A program made the translations under genes and the position numbers. A stretch of 64,000 bases of DNA. Source: Candidatus Micrarchaeota archaeon. GTDB taxonomy: Archaea; Micrarchaeota; Micrarchaeia; Anstonellales; Bilamarchaeaceae. The notes beneath the pieces were generated by a model that did no database searches, had not been told where the DNA came from, and saw only the letters and a list, made by a program, of their open reading frames with translations. The stretch is taken from assembly GCA_043821365.1 (NCBI GenBank), contig JBDRCX010000006.1:288001-352000 (forward strand), written 5' to 3'. Of this stretch, positions 48,844-59,513 are shown in pieces. Position 1 is the stretch's first letter; the number at the start of each line of letters is the position of its first letter.

Positions 48844-51843
48844 ATGAAATATTTTTTTGCTTTTCTTTTATTAAGTTCTGTTCTGTTTGCAACTAATGTT
48901 AATGCAGATTTTGAACAGCAAAGTTCTGGTTATCAAACAGATACTAGTATGCAATTTACAACTAGTTTTGTTCTGTCTCTTCATTCAGGTGAAGTAATTA
49001 GTGGTGACCCAAATGATCTTGAGACTGGTGATTCAGTTTGTACTGGCGCAAGATTAACAATAACCCCAACTGTAAATGCAAAATGGGCAACTAGTGGAGG
49101 ATCTCCAGATTTTGATGCGGATGCAATTTTCCCAGTTTGCGATCCTGCATATGAACCATACTGTCCATCAACCTCAAGTCTTGGTTCTGTTTCAAATAAC
49201 CGTAATATAAATTGGTTGTCTTCTTCTAGACGCAGTTATTTTGTATCACATTTTTCAAGTCCAAATGATTATCTTTATGGTTATTCAGATCATTCTAATC
49301 TTGCTGAACTTCAAAGTGTTTATAATGAACTTTCACCATTTTCATCCCAGCCTGTGACTTACCATGTTGAATTTGGCGGTCCAACTTACAGTAACAAAAG
49401 AGGGGAAGTTGGAGTTTATTGCGATGGTACTCTAAGATTAAGTGGCGGTGGTGGATCTACTACTAGAGCATCACCATTTTCTACTTCAAGCTGGACATCA
49501 AGTACAATTAATACTCCTGGAAGCTATGATTTCAAAACACAAATAGAAGGCATTGATTGTTTTGGAGTTGTTCTAAAATATCCTACAAATCTAAATGATG
49601 GTCATTCAGAATTTTTCTATATGAACTTTTATACTGACAATCTTCCAAGTATAACAAGTCCAGCTGCTGTTTCAACAGTTACAATTGATATTGAGGAAGA
49701 CGGTGGTGAATGTTCAATTGCTCTTGGAACACAACCAATAGAAATAACCTATGGCAGTCAAATTGGAGATCTACAAAATTTCATGGTTAAAGCACAAATA
49801 AGGAATACTGGTGCAGATGCAATTAACCTTACTGGTTCAATTGTCAGTTCTAATGCTGATTATGTTGCACTTGCATTCCCAACAGCTAGCTGTGGTGTTC
49901 TTGGAATACCCCCAGCATTGTGTCCTGCTTCAAATGGATTTGAAACTTCTCTTTCTGCAGGTGTCTCTAGGTATGTTTATATCTGGTTAGTTGATACAGA
50001 TGCTGCTGCAAGCGGTGGTACAACCTTAACAGTTTATGCTGAGACTTCCTCTCCTATGTGTGGGGATGCAGAAGAATGTTCAGTCGATATTGATTTAACA
50101 GGGCCAATAACATGTGAAGTAGTTCCTGATCCTATGGATGTTCCTGAGAATTATGAACAAAGATTCAATGTTACTTGTACTGACCTTGACCTTGATCCAA
50201 TTGCATGTTCAGGAACTGATTGGGCATGGGTACCTGGAACTTTCGGTACAATTTCTACACATACAAATACCTATGTGCTTGCCACTCCAACAGCAGCAGT
50301 TGGTTCAACTGGTGAAATTGAATATACCTCTGATGATGTGGCGGTTTGCAGTGCTCAGGTTACAGTTTTACCTGATATTGACACTCCAGTTGAATGTACA
50401 ATAGTTCCACCAAATGCAGATGTTGGTCAAATGGAACTTGCACAATTCAATGTTACTTGTATTAATTCACTAGGCGATGAGATTCCATGTGCCAGTACTA
50501 ATTGGTACTGGGAAATGGGATTCTCCGGATATTTTGTCACTCAAACTGAGGAAGATGCAACTGTTTATTCTGATGAAGCAGTTGGTTCAACTGGCGAGCT
50601 TTTCTTTGAACCTTCAATTTATGCAATTTGTTCTGCAAATATGACTATAATCTCACCAACATATGTGTGTGTTTTTGATCCTGATGATGTTATTGTAAAT
50701 ATGACTGATTCACAACACTTCAATTTCACCTGCTATGAAAATCTTGCTGAGACAGACCCTGATGATGCAGAATATAATCTAATCAATACTCTTACTGGTG
50801 TTTTATCAAATGATGATATTCATGGTGTTGATTATACTGCTCCTGCGCTTGGTACTGAAGGAGATGTTGAAGGAATTGGTTATTTTGATACAGGCACTCA
50901 TATAATTGGTGCAGTTGATTGGGCGCATGTACTTGTTCCAGATGAAAATTCACCAACTGATTGTACAATCACTCCTGCTGTTTATTCAATGGGCCCATAC
51001 GAATGGGCAACATTCGAGGTTGAATGTACAAATTTCTTTGGGGTGCCAGTTGCCTGCGTTGGTAATAATTGGTATTGGGGAGATGGACTTACTGGGGGTT
51101 TTATATCAGCAACAAATACTGAAGCTGAAGCATATTCAACATCTTCAGTTGGTTCAACTGGTAAACTTTATTATGCATCAATTGATGCCCTTTGTTTCTC
51201 AGATGTAACCTTGATTGCACCAACATATGTCTGCGATCTTACTCCAGACAGTGTTGTGTTAGCATATTCAGACAGTCAGCACTTTGACTTTGCATGTACT
51301 GTAGCTGGAGTCGCAACTGCTCCTGATGACTCTGATTATCAGCTTGTTGATGGTTTAACAGGAAGCCTGTCAAACCCAGCAATTAATGGTGTTGATTATG
51401 ATGCACCTGCTGTTGACAGCCAAGGTAATGTGCTTGCAGTTGGAACATTCAATGCTGCTCCAGCACCATTGGGTGGTGCAGTTGATCTTTCATTTGTAAG
51501 GGTTCAAAACGACACAGAAGAATGCGTTGGTGATGACTGCAATCCAGGGGACAGTGATGATTGTAGAATTCTTGCACCAAGCCCATGGTTTGTTTCAGAA
51601 GGAACTAGTGCCTGGGTTGGAATCATGTGTGGTGTTGATGGTGACGAAGTTTGCTCAAGTGTTGTTTGGAGCCTAGGTCCACCAACTGCTGGTTGGGTTC
51701 ATAACGGTAACAATCATGGAACATGGTATACCATCACAGGGAATCCAGGACAAACAGGAACACTTTATGCAGAAGTTGGCACTGATGCAGAATGTTACAG
51801 AGATTTTGAAATCGTTGAGCAAGACTGCGATGATTTATCTTAA
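48844..51843 (+). CDS. Secreted acidic Cys-rich protein with tandem ~90-aa Ig-like repeats (adhesin candidate)
   Basis: Signal peptide MKYFFAFLLL...VNA; six C-terminal repeats with C...F.VTC...C...W.W...VGSTG...C pattern. Confidence 0.8.
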   Translation: MKYFFAFLLLSSVLFATNVNADFEQQSSGYQTDTSMQFTTSFVLSLHSGEVISGDPNDLETGDSVCTGARLTITPTVNAKWATSGGSPDFDADAIFPVCDPAYEPYCPSTSSLGSVSNNRNINWLSSSRRSYFVSHFSSPNDYLYGYSDHSNLAELQSVYNELSPFSSQPVTYHVEFGGPTYSNKRGEVGVYCDGTLRLSGGGGSTTRASPFSTSSWTSSTINTPGSYDFKTQIEGIDCFGVVLKYPTNLNDGHSEFFYMNFYTDNLPSITSPAAVSTVTIDIEEDGGECSIALGTQPIEITYGSQIGDLQNFMVKAQIRNTGADAINLTGSIVSSNADYVALAFPTASCGVLGIPPALCPASNGFETSLSAGVSRYVYIWLVDTDAAASGGTTLTVYAETSSPMCGDAEECSVDIDLTGPITCEVVPDPMDVPENYEQRFNVTCTDLDLDPIACSGTDWAWVPGTFGTISTHTNTYVLATPTAAVGSTGEIEYTSDDVAVCSAQVTVLPDIDTPVECTIVPPNADVGQMELAQFNVTCINSLGDEIPCASTNWYWEMGFSGYFVTQTEEDATVYSDEAVGSTGELFFEPSIYAICSANMTIISPTYVCVFDPDDVIVNMTDSQHFNFTCYENLAETDPDDAEYNLINTLTGVLSNDDIHGVDYTAPALGTEGDVEGIGYFDTGTHIIGAVDWAHVLVPDENSPTDCTITPAVYSMGPYEWATFEVECTNFFGVPVACVGNNWYWGDGLTGGFISATNTEAEAYSTSSVGSTGKLYYASIDALCFSDVTLIAPTYVCDLTPDSVVLAYSDSQHFDFACTVAGVATAPDDSDYQLVDGLTGSLSNPAINGVDYDAPAVDSQGNVLAVGTFNAAPAPLGGAVDLSFVRVQNDTEECVGDDCNPGDSDDCRILAPSPWFVSEGTSAWVGIMCGVDGDEVCSSVVWSLGPPTAGWVHNGNNHGTWYTITGNPGQTGTLYAEVGTDAECYRDFEIVEQDCDDLS

Positions 51844-51909
51844 TTTTTTTATTTAGTTTAATTTACCTAGCTGTGCCGCTCTGTTTTCTATTTGTTGTAA
51901 CTAACTAGT

Positions 51910-51936
51910 GGGGTCTAAGGGGGCGTAGCCCCCTTA
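51910..51936. repeat. GC-rich hairpin between convergent genes
   Basis: ggggtc-taagggggc-gta-gccccctta. Confidence 0.65.
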
Positions 51937-51946
51937 ATTAAACAAA

Positions 51947-54511
51947 CTACATTGATTTAAACTCAACTATCATCTTTTCGAGTTCATCACTTGTCTGATA
52001 AATTATTGAGCTGCTCTCAGCTTCCATCTTTATAATTAGGGGAACTGTTGAAGCTGTTGAATTCATAATGTTCTGAAAATGACTCTTGTCACTGTTGTTC
52101 TTGAATACAATTATTGTAATCCCACTTTTTATTGTTGTTAATAATCTAGTGAGGAAGTCTTCTACCTTGATTCCTTTTTCGTAAATATGAATATACATCT
52201 GCTGTCCCATCACAGTTAGTACTGTGTCTGAATTCTTTGCCTCCCCAATAAGTGTAAATGGGATTGCGTTATTCACACAAATATCTCTTATTTTTCTCAT
52301 CATTGCAAGATATTCAATTGTTCTTTTGCTTTGTCCTTCCCAGTTTACCTTACCATAATATCCAAGTGATTCTTTTACCAAATCTCTTTTTTCCATCTCC
52401 TGAAGAATAAATTCAACATTATAGTCTGTTATGTATATTGGTTTACCTTGGTGTAGCACTTGTTTGAACGCGTTTTTTATCTCTCCTGGTGTTAGTGGGG
52501 TGTTCTCCCAGCGATAATTCTCATTAACCTTGTCAAATAAATTCAAAATAACATCTGCTTGGAGAGGTATTTTAGTTTTTGTTATTGGGGGGAAATCTGG
52601 TATATCTAATGAATAATATGTTTCTTCTTGCCTTGCAAATACCATACCAACTCCCATAATTCCTCCTGTAAATATTATAACAAGCCATACAACTGGATTT
52701 TCTAGAGGAGTTGACATTCTTGGGTGGGGGATATCAACTACTGTCGTAAGCTTTCCTGATGTAAATTCAAATTTATGTGTTTCCCCTATTGGCAATCTAT
52801 CATTTCCAGTATAAGAACCAACATTCACATCCAAATATTCACTATTACTAAAACTATATTCACCAAATCTACCATCGTCGACCTTAACTGTTATTTGGCT
52901 TAGTTTAAGTGCTTCATCATCCATAGTTACGTAAAATCTATATACTGAAGGTTTATCTTTTACCCCGCCAATGTATGTTACTTCTGGGGTTATAACCTTC
53001 ATGTATGTTTGTGCATATTCCTTTCCATTGTCATCTTCAAGATTTACTAGGTATTCGCCTTTCTCCACATAGACTCTAATGTCAAATGATCTATCTGCCT
53101 GGACATTAACATTTCCCTGTGGGAGGGTCTGCATGTCAGTTCCATTAATATCTTCGATAATTATTGACATGCTTGGCTGGGATGGAACAGGTTCACGAAG
53201 AAGTGCATTTATTCTTACTGGACTATCAGAAATATTCGTTGGTACGACGTTTCCACTTGATTCTATGAACATTTGATTTGGTGTTTGCAATTCAATTCTC
53301 TTGAATAACATCTCTTTTATCGGTGTGGATACTTTTTCCGAGTATCCGGTAAATTCAACCTTCACTGTCGTGTTGCTTTCTTGGAAAGTTTCTGAGAAAA
53401 AATATGATGTTCCATTGTAACCATCTTGGTTCTCGAAATAATATGTTTTGGTGTTTGAACTTGGGCTTATCCATGCTGTTTTGAATATGACATTTGAAAC
53501 ATCATTTGCTGCGCTAGTATAATTCCCCCTCCATCCCCCATCAAGGGTTTGTGGGAAAAATAGGAAAGCACCATCCCCTTTTTTTATTACACTAATGCCC
53601 CCATATAGGGTACTTGCTGTCCACTTGCTCCTTGCATTTACTAAATAAAGAGGCTGATAAATATGCAGTTCCTGAGTTGGGCTTATTGGACTTGTTTCAT
53701 CAAATGTAACTGGTAGGCTACTTACAACGCTTGTTGGTGTATCAGTTACCAATGTACCGTCTAATATTTTTGTGAATTTCTGTCCTAAGTATATAACTAC
53801 TATGCCTCGGTCTGCTAACTTATCCATAGATACTAAACTGTCAATACCTAACATTTCCTTTGGTATTACTCCGCTTGGTACAATAACTATTCCACCCTGC
53901 GGCAGTGTTTCTAATTGTCTTATCGTTATTTCATTTAGCATAAGATTTCTTTTCTTCAGTTCCGTCCTAAGGCTATATAAAAAGTCAGGATAGCTATCTG
54001 CCTCAAGTTTTTCACTATTTAAAATAAAAATTTCAGTAGGTATTTTCTGGTTGAATGTTGTTATGTTGATCGTATAATTGTCTATGTTACTTGTTTTGTA
54101 ATCTATCACTACCCCTGCGATGTGGGTGGGCGTGTTCTTCTGCCCAGACATCAATATAGATCCGTCTATTAACATATTTTCTATTGTGGGTCTCTCCATC
54201 TCTTCCTGCGTTAGCCCTGTTCCCGGAGCAAGAACCTGTGTTGTGAGGTATATCCACCCAACTGCAAGTATGATAATCGCTATTAAGGCAAATGCCCCAA
54301 AAATCCCAAAACTAAATCCTCCTTTTGGAGGTTCTGGCAATGCCCTAGTCTCTTTTTTCTCTTGTTTTTTTGGTGGTTTTATAAATGTTTTAATTGCGTC
54401 TTTGATCTTTTCTATTGGGGGACGTTCTTTTATTTTGTAGTTCACAGTCTGGTGGTATTTTTTTCTGATGTCGAAGTTGTAAATTTTTTTCCTTATTCTT
54501 GTTTCTGGCAT
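51947..54511 (-). CDS. Large 2-TM membrane protein with a ~500-aa extracellular domain
   Basis: TM near residues 68-90 and 608-628; last gene of the ATPase operon. Confidence 0.75.
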   Translation of the reverse strand: MPETRIRKKIYNFDIRKKYHQTVNYKIKERPPIEKIKDAIKTFIKPPKKQEKKETRALPEPPKGGFSFGIFGAFALIAIIILAVGWIYLTTQVLAPGTGLTQEEMERPTIENMLIDGSILMSGQKNTPTHIAGVVIDYKTSNIDNYTINITTFNQKIPTEIFILNSEKLEADSYPDFLYSLRTELKKRNLMLNEITIRQLETLPQGGIVIVPSGVIPKEMLGIDSLVSMDKLADRGIVVIYLGQKFTKILDGTLVTDTPTSVVSSLPVTFDETSPISPTQELHIYQPLYLVNARSKWTASTLYGGISVIKKGDGAFLFFPQTLDGGWRGNYTSAANDVSNVIFKTAWISPSSNTKTYYFENQDGYNGTSYFFSETFQESNTTVKVEFTGYSEKVSTPIKEMLFKRIELQTPNQMFIESSGNVVPTNISDSPVRINALLREPVPSQPSMSIIIEDINGTDMQTLPQGNVNVQADRSFDIRVYVEKGEYLVNLEDDNGKEYAQTYMKVITPEVTYIGGVKDKPSVYRFYVTMDDEALKLSQITVKVDDGRFGEYSFSNSEYLDVNVGSYTGNDRLPIGETHKFEFTSGKLTTVVDIPHPRMSTPLENPVVWLVIIFTGGIMGVGMVFARQEETYYSLDIPDFPPITKTKIPLQADVILNLFDKVNENYRWENTPLTPGEIKNAFKQVLHQGKPIYITDYNVEFILQEMEKRDLVKESLGYYGKVNWEGQSKRTIEYLAMMRKIRDICVNNAIPFTLIGEAKNSDTVLTVMGQQMYIHIYEKGIKVEDFLTRLLTTIKSGITIIVFKNNSDKSHFQNIMNSTASTVPLIIKMEAESSSIIYQTSDELEKMIVEFKSM

Positions 54512-54529
54512 TTATCTCCCACCATCTAA

Positions 54530-55291
54530 TTACCGTACAATCTCCAAATATCCTTCGTTTACAAGTTTATTCAGTAGTTCTTCTACGCGTGCATTTGAAA
54601 CACTATATAATTTTGTGAACTCACCGATGTTTATGGATCCATTATGTTCTGCAATCCATTCTTGTAATTTTGCTTTGAGTGCATCTTCGCTCAAGCCCTC
54701 AAGCTCCTTAACTCTAATGGAAAGCTCGTCATTTTTGCTTTTTAAGTCATAGTTTTGTGTTGTCAATGCTTGATTTTGTTCATTTAGTCTGTTTATTTTT
54801 TTCTTGTAATCATCAACTTCTTTTTTAAGAGAATCATAGGAAGTGAAAAGTTTGGTGTAATCCATTGTTACTGAACCAGTCAATTCCTTTACTGCATTTT
54901 CAATAAGTTGGTATAATGTCTTTTGATCTACTTCGTAAGTCCCTTCAACCAAACTCAAAATGTTAAGTAAATATCTAAGAATGTCCATACGTCTCTTGTT
55001 CGGTCCAATTTCAGGTGGGATGGTATATAATATGTCTAATCCATCTTCTTTTAGTTTAATGATGGAAAATAAGTATGGATTTTTGTTTATGTCCCTGCTT
55101 TCAACATAAAGTATGTTTAGGACATCTTTCTCTGGTGCTATTTCAAGGAAGGATATTGAACGTAACAATCCGCCCAGGTCTTTTAGTTTTCCTTTTTTTA
55201 ACTTTCCTTTTATTTTGAATCCATCTACCTGTGGTGGATGGGTTTCTTCTTTTGCACCTTGTGGTTTTGGTTTGATTGGTAGATCAGGCAT
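54530..55291 (-). CDS. Coiled-coil protein with C-terminal wHTH-like region
   Basis: Heptad region YDSLKKEV...KELEG. Confidence 0.7.
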   Translation of the reverse strand: MPDLPIKPKPQGAKEETHPPQVDGFKIKGKLKKGKLKDLGGLLRSISFLEIAPEKDVLNILYVESRDINKNPYLFSIIKLKEDGLDILYTIPPEIGPNKRRMDILRYLLNILSLVEGTYEVDQKTLYQLIENAVKELTGSVTMDYTKLFTSYDSLKKEVDDYKKKINRLNEQNQALTTQNYDLKSKNDELSIRVKELEGLSEDALKAKLQEWIAEHNGSINIGEFTKLYSVSNARVEELLNKLVNEGYLEIVR

Positions 55292-55296
55292 TTATC

Positions 55297-55719
55297 TCAC
55301 CTTTTTTTCTTCGTTCGTTTTTTTACTGGCCTTTTCTTTTTTACCTGTTTTAGTACTAGTGGTTCTTTGAAAACTGCTGGGGTGTATTTGAATATTGGAA
55401 GTGCAATAACTGCTCCTGCAAGTATAAATGCAGAAATAATAGGCCACAAATCTAACCGTCCTGATAAGACTATGGAAAGTATTATTACTACAAGTATAAG
55501 TCCTGCAAGTACGGTTGCAATCATCATGCTTTTTTCAAATGATTTTCTTCTTTCAGAATGGTTCTGAAGATCTTTGGCACAAACATACAGCTCATTCATT
55601 TGAGCTACGCCGAATTTTCTTTTTACTGCCCTTATGGTTGTTATTATCCTGTCCTCTTTTATCGGCAAGGCTTCTTTACCATCCACATTTGTTTGACAAA
55701 TTACACAAACCTTTCCCAT
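55297..55719 (-). CDS. Zn-ribbon plus 2-TM membrane protein
   Basis: CVIC...YVCAKDLQNH, two TM helices, basic tail. Confidence 0.7.
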   Translation of the reverse strand: MGKVCVICQTNVDGKEALPIKEDRIITTIRAVKRKFGVAQMNELYVCAKDLQNHSERRKSFEKSMMIATVLAGLILVVIILSIVLSGRLDLWPIISAFILAGAVIALPIFKYTPAVFKEPLVLKQVKKKRPVKKRTKKKR

Positions 55720-55723
55720 ATAA

Positions 55724-57304
55724 TCACTCTAATGTAACCTGACTTACATCTCTTCCAATACCGCCGCTTTTCTTCAAGTCAACTTTACCAAATATGTTTA
55801 TCACTGTCATATCATCTATTCCTGCATCTTTGAGGAATTCATTTATGTTTCGACGTGCTATACCACTTCTCTCAAGCATAATAACAAATGATACAACATC
55901 CATACGTCTGCTGTTCTTTTCAAATGATTTTGCAAAATCTTCGACCTTATCATCTGCCAATCCGAATTGACGTAATCTTCTTCTGAAATCTTCTTTTTGG
56001 AATGAAACACTTCTAGACACGGATACATCCCTCCTTTGTTTTTCTGTTAAAACTTCCGTCATATCCAAGAAAAATTCTCTACTTGGTTCTTCCCCTTCTA
56101 TCTTATCTATGAGGAAAGTTGATGCATATGGTACTTGTGAAGTTAAGGACAGGTTGACGGCACACTGTCCAACACCTAATCTGCTTATTTCATCACGCAT
56201 ATAATTGCTGAAATTTAATGATCCCTGAAGATAATCAAGGAACTTTTCAAATTTGACTTTAAGCATAAATGTGGTTCCTACGTTGCTGAATATTGCCTCA
56301 CTTATATCTGTTGGGTTCTGCGACGCTATAATCATAGCGAAATTATATTTTCTACCTTCTCTGACTATCATGACTGCGTCGCTGTTTTCATCCTTTCCTA
56401 TTTTCCAAGCCTCATCCAAAACCACCAACAACCTAAGTCCTTTGTGGTGCGCCCAACCTTCAAGTCTCATTTTTTCTTTTATGAACTGGAGTATGGTAAG
56501 GGCAGCCAGTGCTCTTGCAGTTTCATCAGGAAGACCAGACAAATCAAGGTCAACAAGACCCGAACTTACAAGTTGGTCGAGCTTCACTGTACTTTGTTGT
56601 GCGAAGAAATCTTCACCTGGTTTTGTAAATTGTTTAAGTCTGTAAATTGCATTTTCAAGTTCTGCTGGAAATTCATATGACCCTACCTGTGCCTGTTCAG
56701 TTAATATTCTTACAACATCTTTGAGTGTTGGTGCTATGAGTGGTTTACCTAGTTCATCTTTCTGTTCATGAGCATCCATTCTGAATTTCCCTTCGATATA
56801 TACTTTTTCTATGGCCTGCTCGGTCAGCCTTCTTTGTTCCGGATAATTTCCAATATCAGTAAGAAGTTCAAGTGTTCTCATAACTTGTTTTATACGATCG
56901 TATGGTTTCATTCCACCAAGGTCAAGTAGGTTGAGGTAGGATCCTCTACCAAGTGCAACTACCTTACCATCAGTTTGTCTTACCCAATCTCTATATTCTC
57001 CTGCCCAGTCGATTATAAGTGCATTACTATTCCAAACAAATGCGGTTCTAAGCAAAAATGTCTTGATAAAATAACTTTTACCTGCACCAGATATCCCAAC
57101 AACTGCTATGTGTGGATTGGCTATGCCCTGGTAACTCCAGTAAAACGGTACATTGAATATTTTCGTTCTTCCTATATAGATAGAATCTGTTGGGTCTGGG
57201 AAAAGGACATCCATCGGGGGTTCTGGAGGCCTGACAAGAATGTTTCTTCGTGATACAGCACTATTTGGAACTTTGGATAGATACAGTTTTCCCCCTATTG
57301 GCAT
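55724..57304 (-). CDS. VirB4/HerA-like (DUF87) ATPase
   Basis: NPHIAVVGISGAGKS Walker A, IIDWAGEY, LVVLDEAW Walker B, REGRKY, ASQ. Confidence 0.88.
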   Translation of the reverse strand: MPIGGKLYLSKVPNSAVSRRNILVRPPEPPMDVLFPDPTDSIYIGRTKIFNVPFYWSYQGIANPHIAVVGISGAGKSYFIKTFLLRTAFVWNSNALIIDWAGEYRDWVRQTDGKVVALGRGSYLNLLDLGGMKPYDRIKQVMRTLELLTDIGNYPEQRRLTEQAIEKVYIEGKFRMDAHEQKDELGKPLIAPTLKDVVRILTEQAQVGSYEFPAELENAIYRLKQFTKPGEDFFAQQSTVKLDQLVSSGLVDLDLSGLPDETARALAALTILQFIKEKMRLEGWAHHKGLRLLVVLDEAWKIGKDENSDAVMIVREGRKYNFAMIIASQNPTDISEAIFSNVGTTFMLKVKFEKFLDYLQGSLNFSNYMRDEISRLGVGQCAVNLSLTSQVPYASTFLIDKIEGEEPSREFFLDMTEVLTEKQRRDVSVSRSVSFQKEDFRRRLRQFGLADDKVEDFAKSFEKNSRRMDVVSFVIMLERSGIARRNINEFLKDAGIDDMTVINIFGKVDLKKSGGIGRDVSQVTLE

Positions 57305-58119
57305 CAGACCACACTCTCTTCAAGTTCCTGAGGAGTTATTGGGAAAAAGCGGTCCCATTCAAAACACTTCATCATTTCGTCTCCAGTAAGTAAGCTTACC
57401 TCGACATTCAAAGCATTTTCAAGGTTACCTCTAAGTTCTTTTGCTTGTGAACGTACCACAGACATTGCTGCATCTTTACTTATACCAACTGCTGTTGTTT
57501 GTGCATATGCAATAATGCCCATCGGTTTAACTCCCTTAACTAATCTAGCAAGTTCATTGTCTTCTTTTTGAACTTCTCTCTCAAATTTGTCCATTTTCAG
57601 TACATCTGGCTGTGCCTTGTCTCTTTCACGTGCAAGTTTTAGCTGTGCTTCAGCTCTTCTTGTTTCAATTGATTTCCTTTTTGCTGTTACATCTTCTACG
57701 TAAAGCATATATGAGATTTTTGTGACGTATTTTATGTTTGAAATTGCACGCTCAAAAAATTGACTATAAATTAAATTTTCCTCTTGTGTTTTTTCTGTTG
57801 CGGATTCAAAAATTTTCATTCCCAGAAAAGCAGATGCATAGTAAACTCCCCCGACGTTTTTTACAATAACATCTTGACTCGGAGGGATTTCGTATCCGCT
57901 ATCAGTCATCATTACTATGTTTGTTCTGGTCGTTACTAATGGTATCATTATGTATCCATATCTCCAAAACAACACTCCAAGAAGTGCTCCAGTTCCAGCG
58001 GCCAATCCACCTAATATGGAGAGTATTCCACCTCCTCCAATTAATGCAAAGAGTGCTCCTAAAACTCCTACTGCTATAGCACCTATAGTATATGTTTTAG
58101 ATCCACTTACTGCCGTCAT
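57304..58119 (-). CDS. Membrane protein resembling PrgI/VirB3 fused to a VirB4 N-terminal-like domain
   Basis: Gly-rich TM hairpin, coiled coil, C-terminal AYAQTTA...ELRGNL...LL...F...FFP; stop overlaps the ATPase ATG. Confidence 0.6.
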   Translation of the reverse strand: MTAVSGSKTYTIGAIAVGVLGALFALIGGGGILSILGGLAAGTGALLGVLFWRYGYIMIPLVTTRTNIVMMTDSGYEIPPSQDVIVKNVGGVYYASAFLGMKIFESATEKTQEENLIYSQFFERAISNIKYVTKISYMLYVEDVTAKRKSIETRRAEAQLKLARERDKAQPDVLKMDKFEREVQKEDNELARLVKGVKPMGIIAYAQTTAVGISKDAAMSVVRSQAKELRGNLENALNVEVSLLTGDEMMKCFEWDRFFPITPQELEESVV

Positions 58120-58171
58120 ATATTACCTCTTAATTCTAATTAGCTGCGAAAGTATATAAAGACTGGCAACA

Positions 58172-59479
58172 TCATTCAACAGCTTCTTCTACAATTCTTT
58201 TTGCACTACCAATATATGTAGAATATTTGAATATTTCGTCTGCTTCATTTGCTCCAAGCAATCCACTTTCCAAAACAAGCTCTTTCAGGTGTCTTTTTTT
58301 TGCAAATGCCTCATGAGCCATGTTTCTTACTTTCTCATGTGCATCCTGTCTTCCCATATCCTTCTTCTCAACCAAATATATCATCAATCTCTCTGCTAGA
58401 ATAAGGCCGTTTGTCAATTCTAGATTTTTCTTTATGTTATCAGGATAGAAAACAAGTCCACTCACTATCTTTGTTATTTCATGGGCCATATAATCAACAG
58501 TGACAAAACTCTCACTGAAAATAGCTCGTTCATTTGCACTGTTAGTAAGATCTCTTTCATGTTCTAGGGCGTTATTCTCAATAGCAGTTAGCACATTTGC
58601 ACGAACAAGGCGTGCAAGGGAGCAGATCCGTTCACTTTTATGCGGGTTTCTTTTCTGAGGCATTGTGGATGAACCAACTTGTTTTGCACTGAATGCTTCT
58701 GAAACTTCAAGAATCTCTGTTCTTTGGAGGTTTCTTATCTCCTTGGCTATTTTTTCAAATAATGATGCAGTTGTGGCAAGTATAAATACTATCTCTGCAT
58801 GACGATCTCTCTGGATGACCTGATTTGTAATTTTTGCACTTTCTAATCCAAGTTCTGCCATGACTATCTTCTGTATCTTTTGCCCATCCTTACCGAAAGT
58901 TGCCATTGTTCCAACTGCGCCGGACATCTTACCAACGGCTATTCTTTTTTTTGCTTCTTTCAATCTCTCTAAATTACGTCTTAATTCTTGATAATAAAGT
59001 GCAAATTTCATGCCGTATGTTGTTGGTACTGCATGCTGTCCATGTGTTCTCCCCACACAAACGGTTTCTTTATGTTGCAATGCTAGTTTTTTCAATTCTT
59101 TACCAAAGTTTTCCAATTGTTTTTCAATTATTTCCATTGCATCAAGGAAAATCAATGCAGTTGCTGTATCTTCAATGTCATAACTAGTAGCACCAAGATG
59201 AACATACTTACCAGCATCTCCTGCTTGTTCTGTAAGTGCTTTTACCATTGCCATAAGGTCATGTTGTATCTGAGATTCTATCTCCACAACTCGTTCATGT
59301 TTTACTTTTTTCATTGCCTGTTCTATTTTTCCAGGAGCATCTTTTGGTATGTTCCCAAGTTGTGCATGTGCTTTTGCTAAAGCCACCTCTACACGCATCC
59401 ATTTGTTTATTTTATTCTGGTCCTCAAAAACACTATTCATCTCTGTCCTGTATCTTTCTTCAAATGGAGAAATTGCCAT
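58172..59479 (-). CDS. purB: Adenylosuccinate lyase
   Basis: HLGATSYDI, GRTHGQHA, GAVGT, GSSTMPQKRNP, EHERDL. Confidence 0.96.
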   Translation of the reverse strand: MAISPFEERYRTEMNSVFEDQNKINKWMRVEVALAKAHAQLGNIPKDAPGKIEQAMKKVKHERVVEIESQIQHDLMAMVKALTEQAGDAGKYVHLGATSYDIEDTATALIFLDAMEIIEKQLENFGKELKKLALQHKETVCVGRTHGQHAVPTTYGMKFALYYQELRRNLERLKEAKKRIAVGKMSGAVGTMATFGKDGQKIQKIVMAELGLESAKITNQVIQRDRHAEIVFILATTASLFEKIAKEIRNLQRTEILEVSEAFSAKQVGSSTMPQKRNPHKSERICSLARLVRANVLTAIENNALEHERDLTNSANERAIFSESFVTVDYMAHEITKIVSGLVFYPDNIKKNLELTNGLILAERLMIYLVEKKDMGRQDAHEKVRNMAHEAFAKKRHLKELVLESGLLGANEADEIFKYSTYIGSAKRIVEEAVE

Positions 59480-59513
59480 ATAATTCTATCATTACCTTAT
59501 CTTTTAAAATTAA

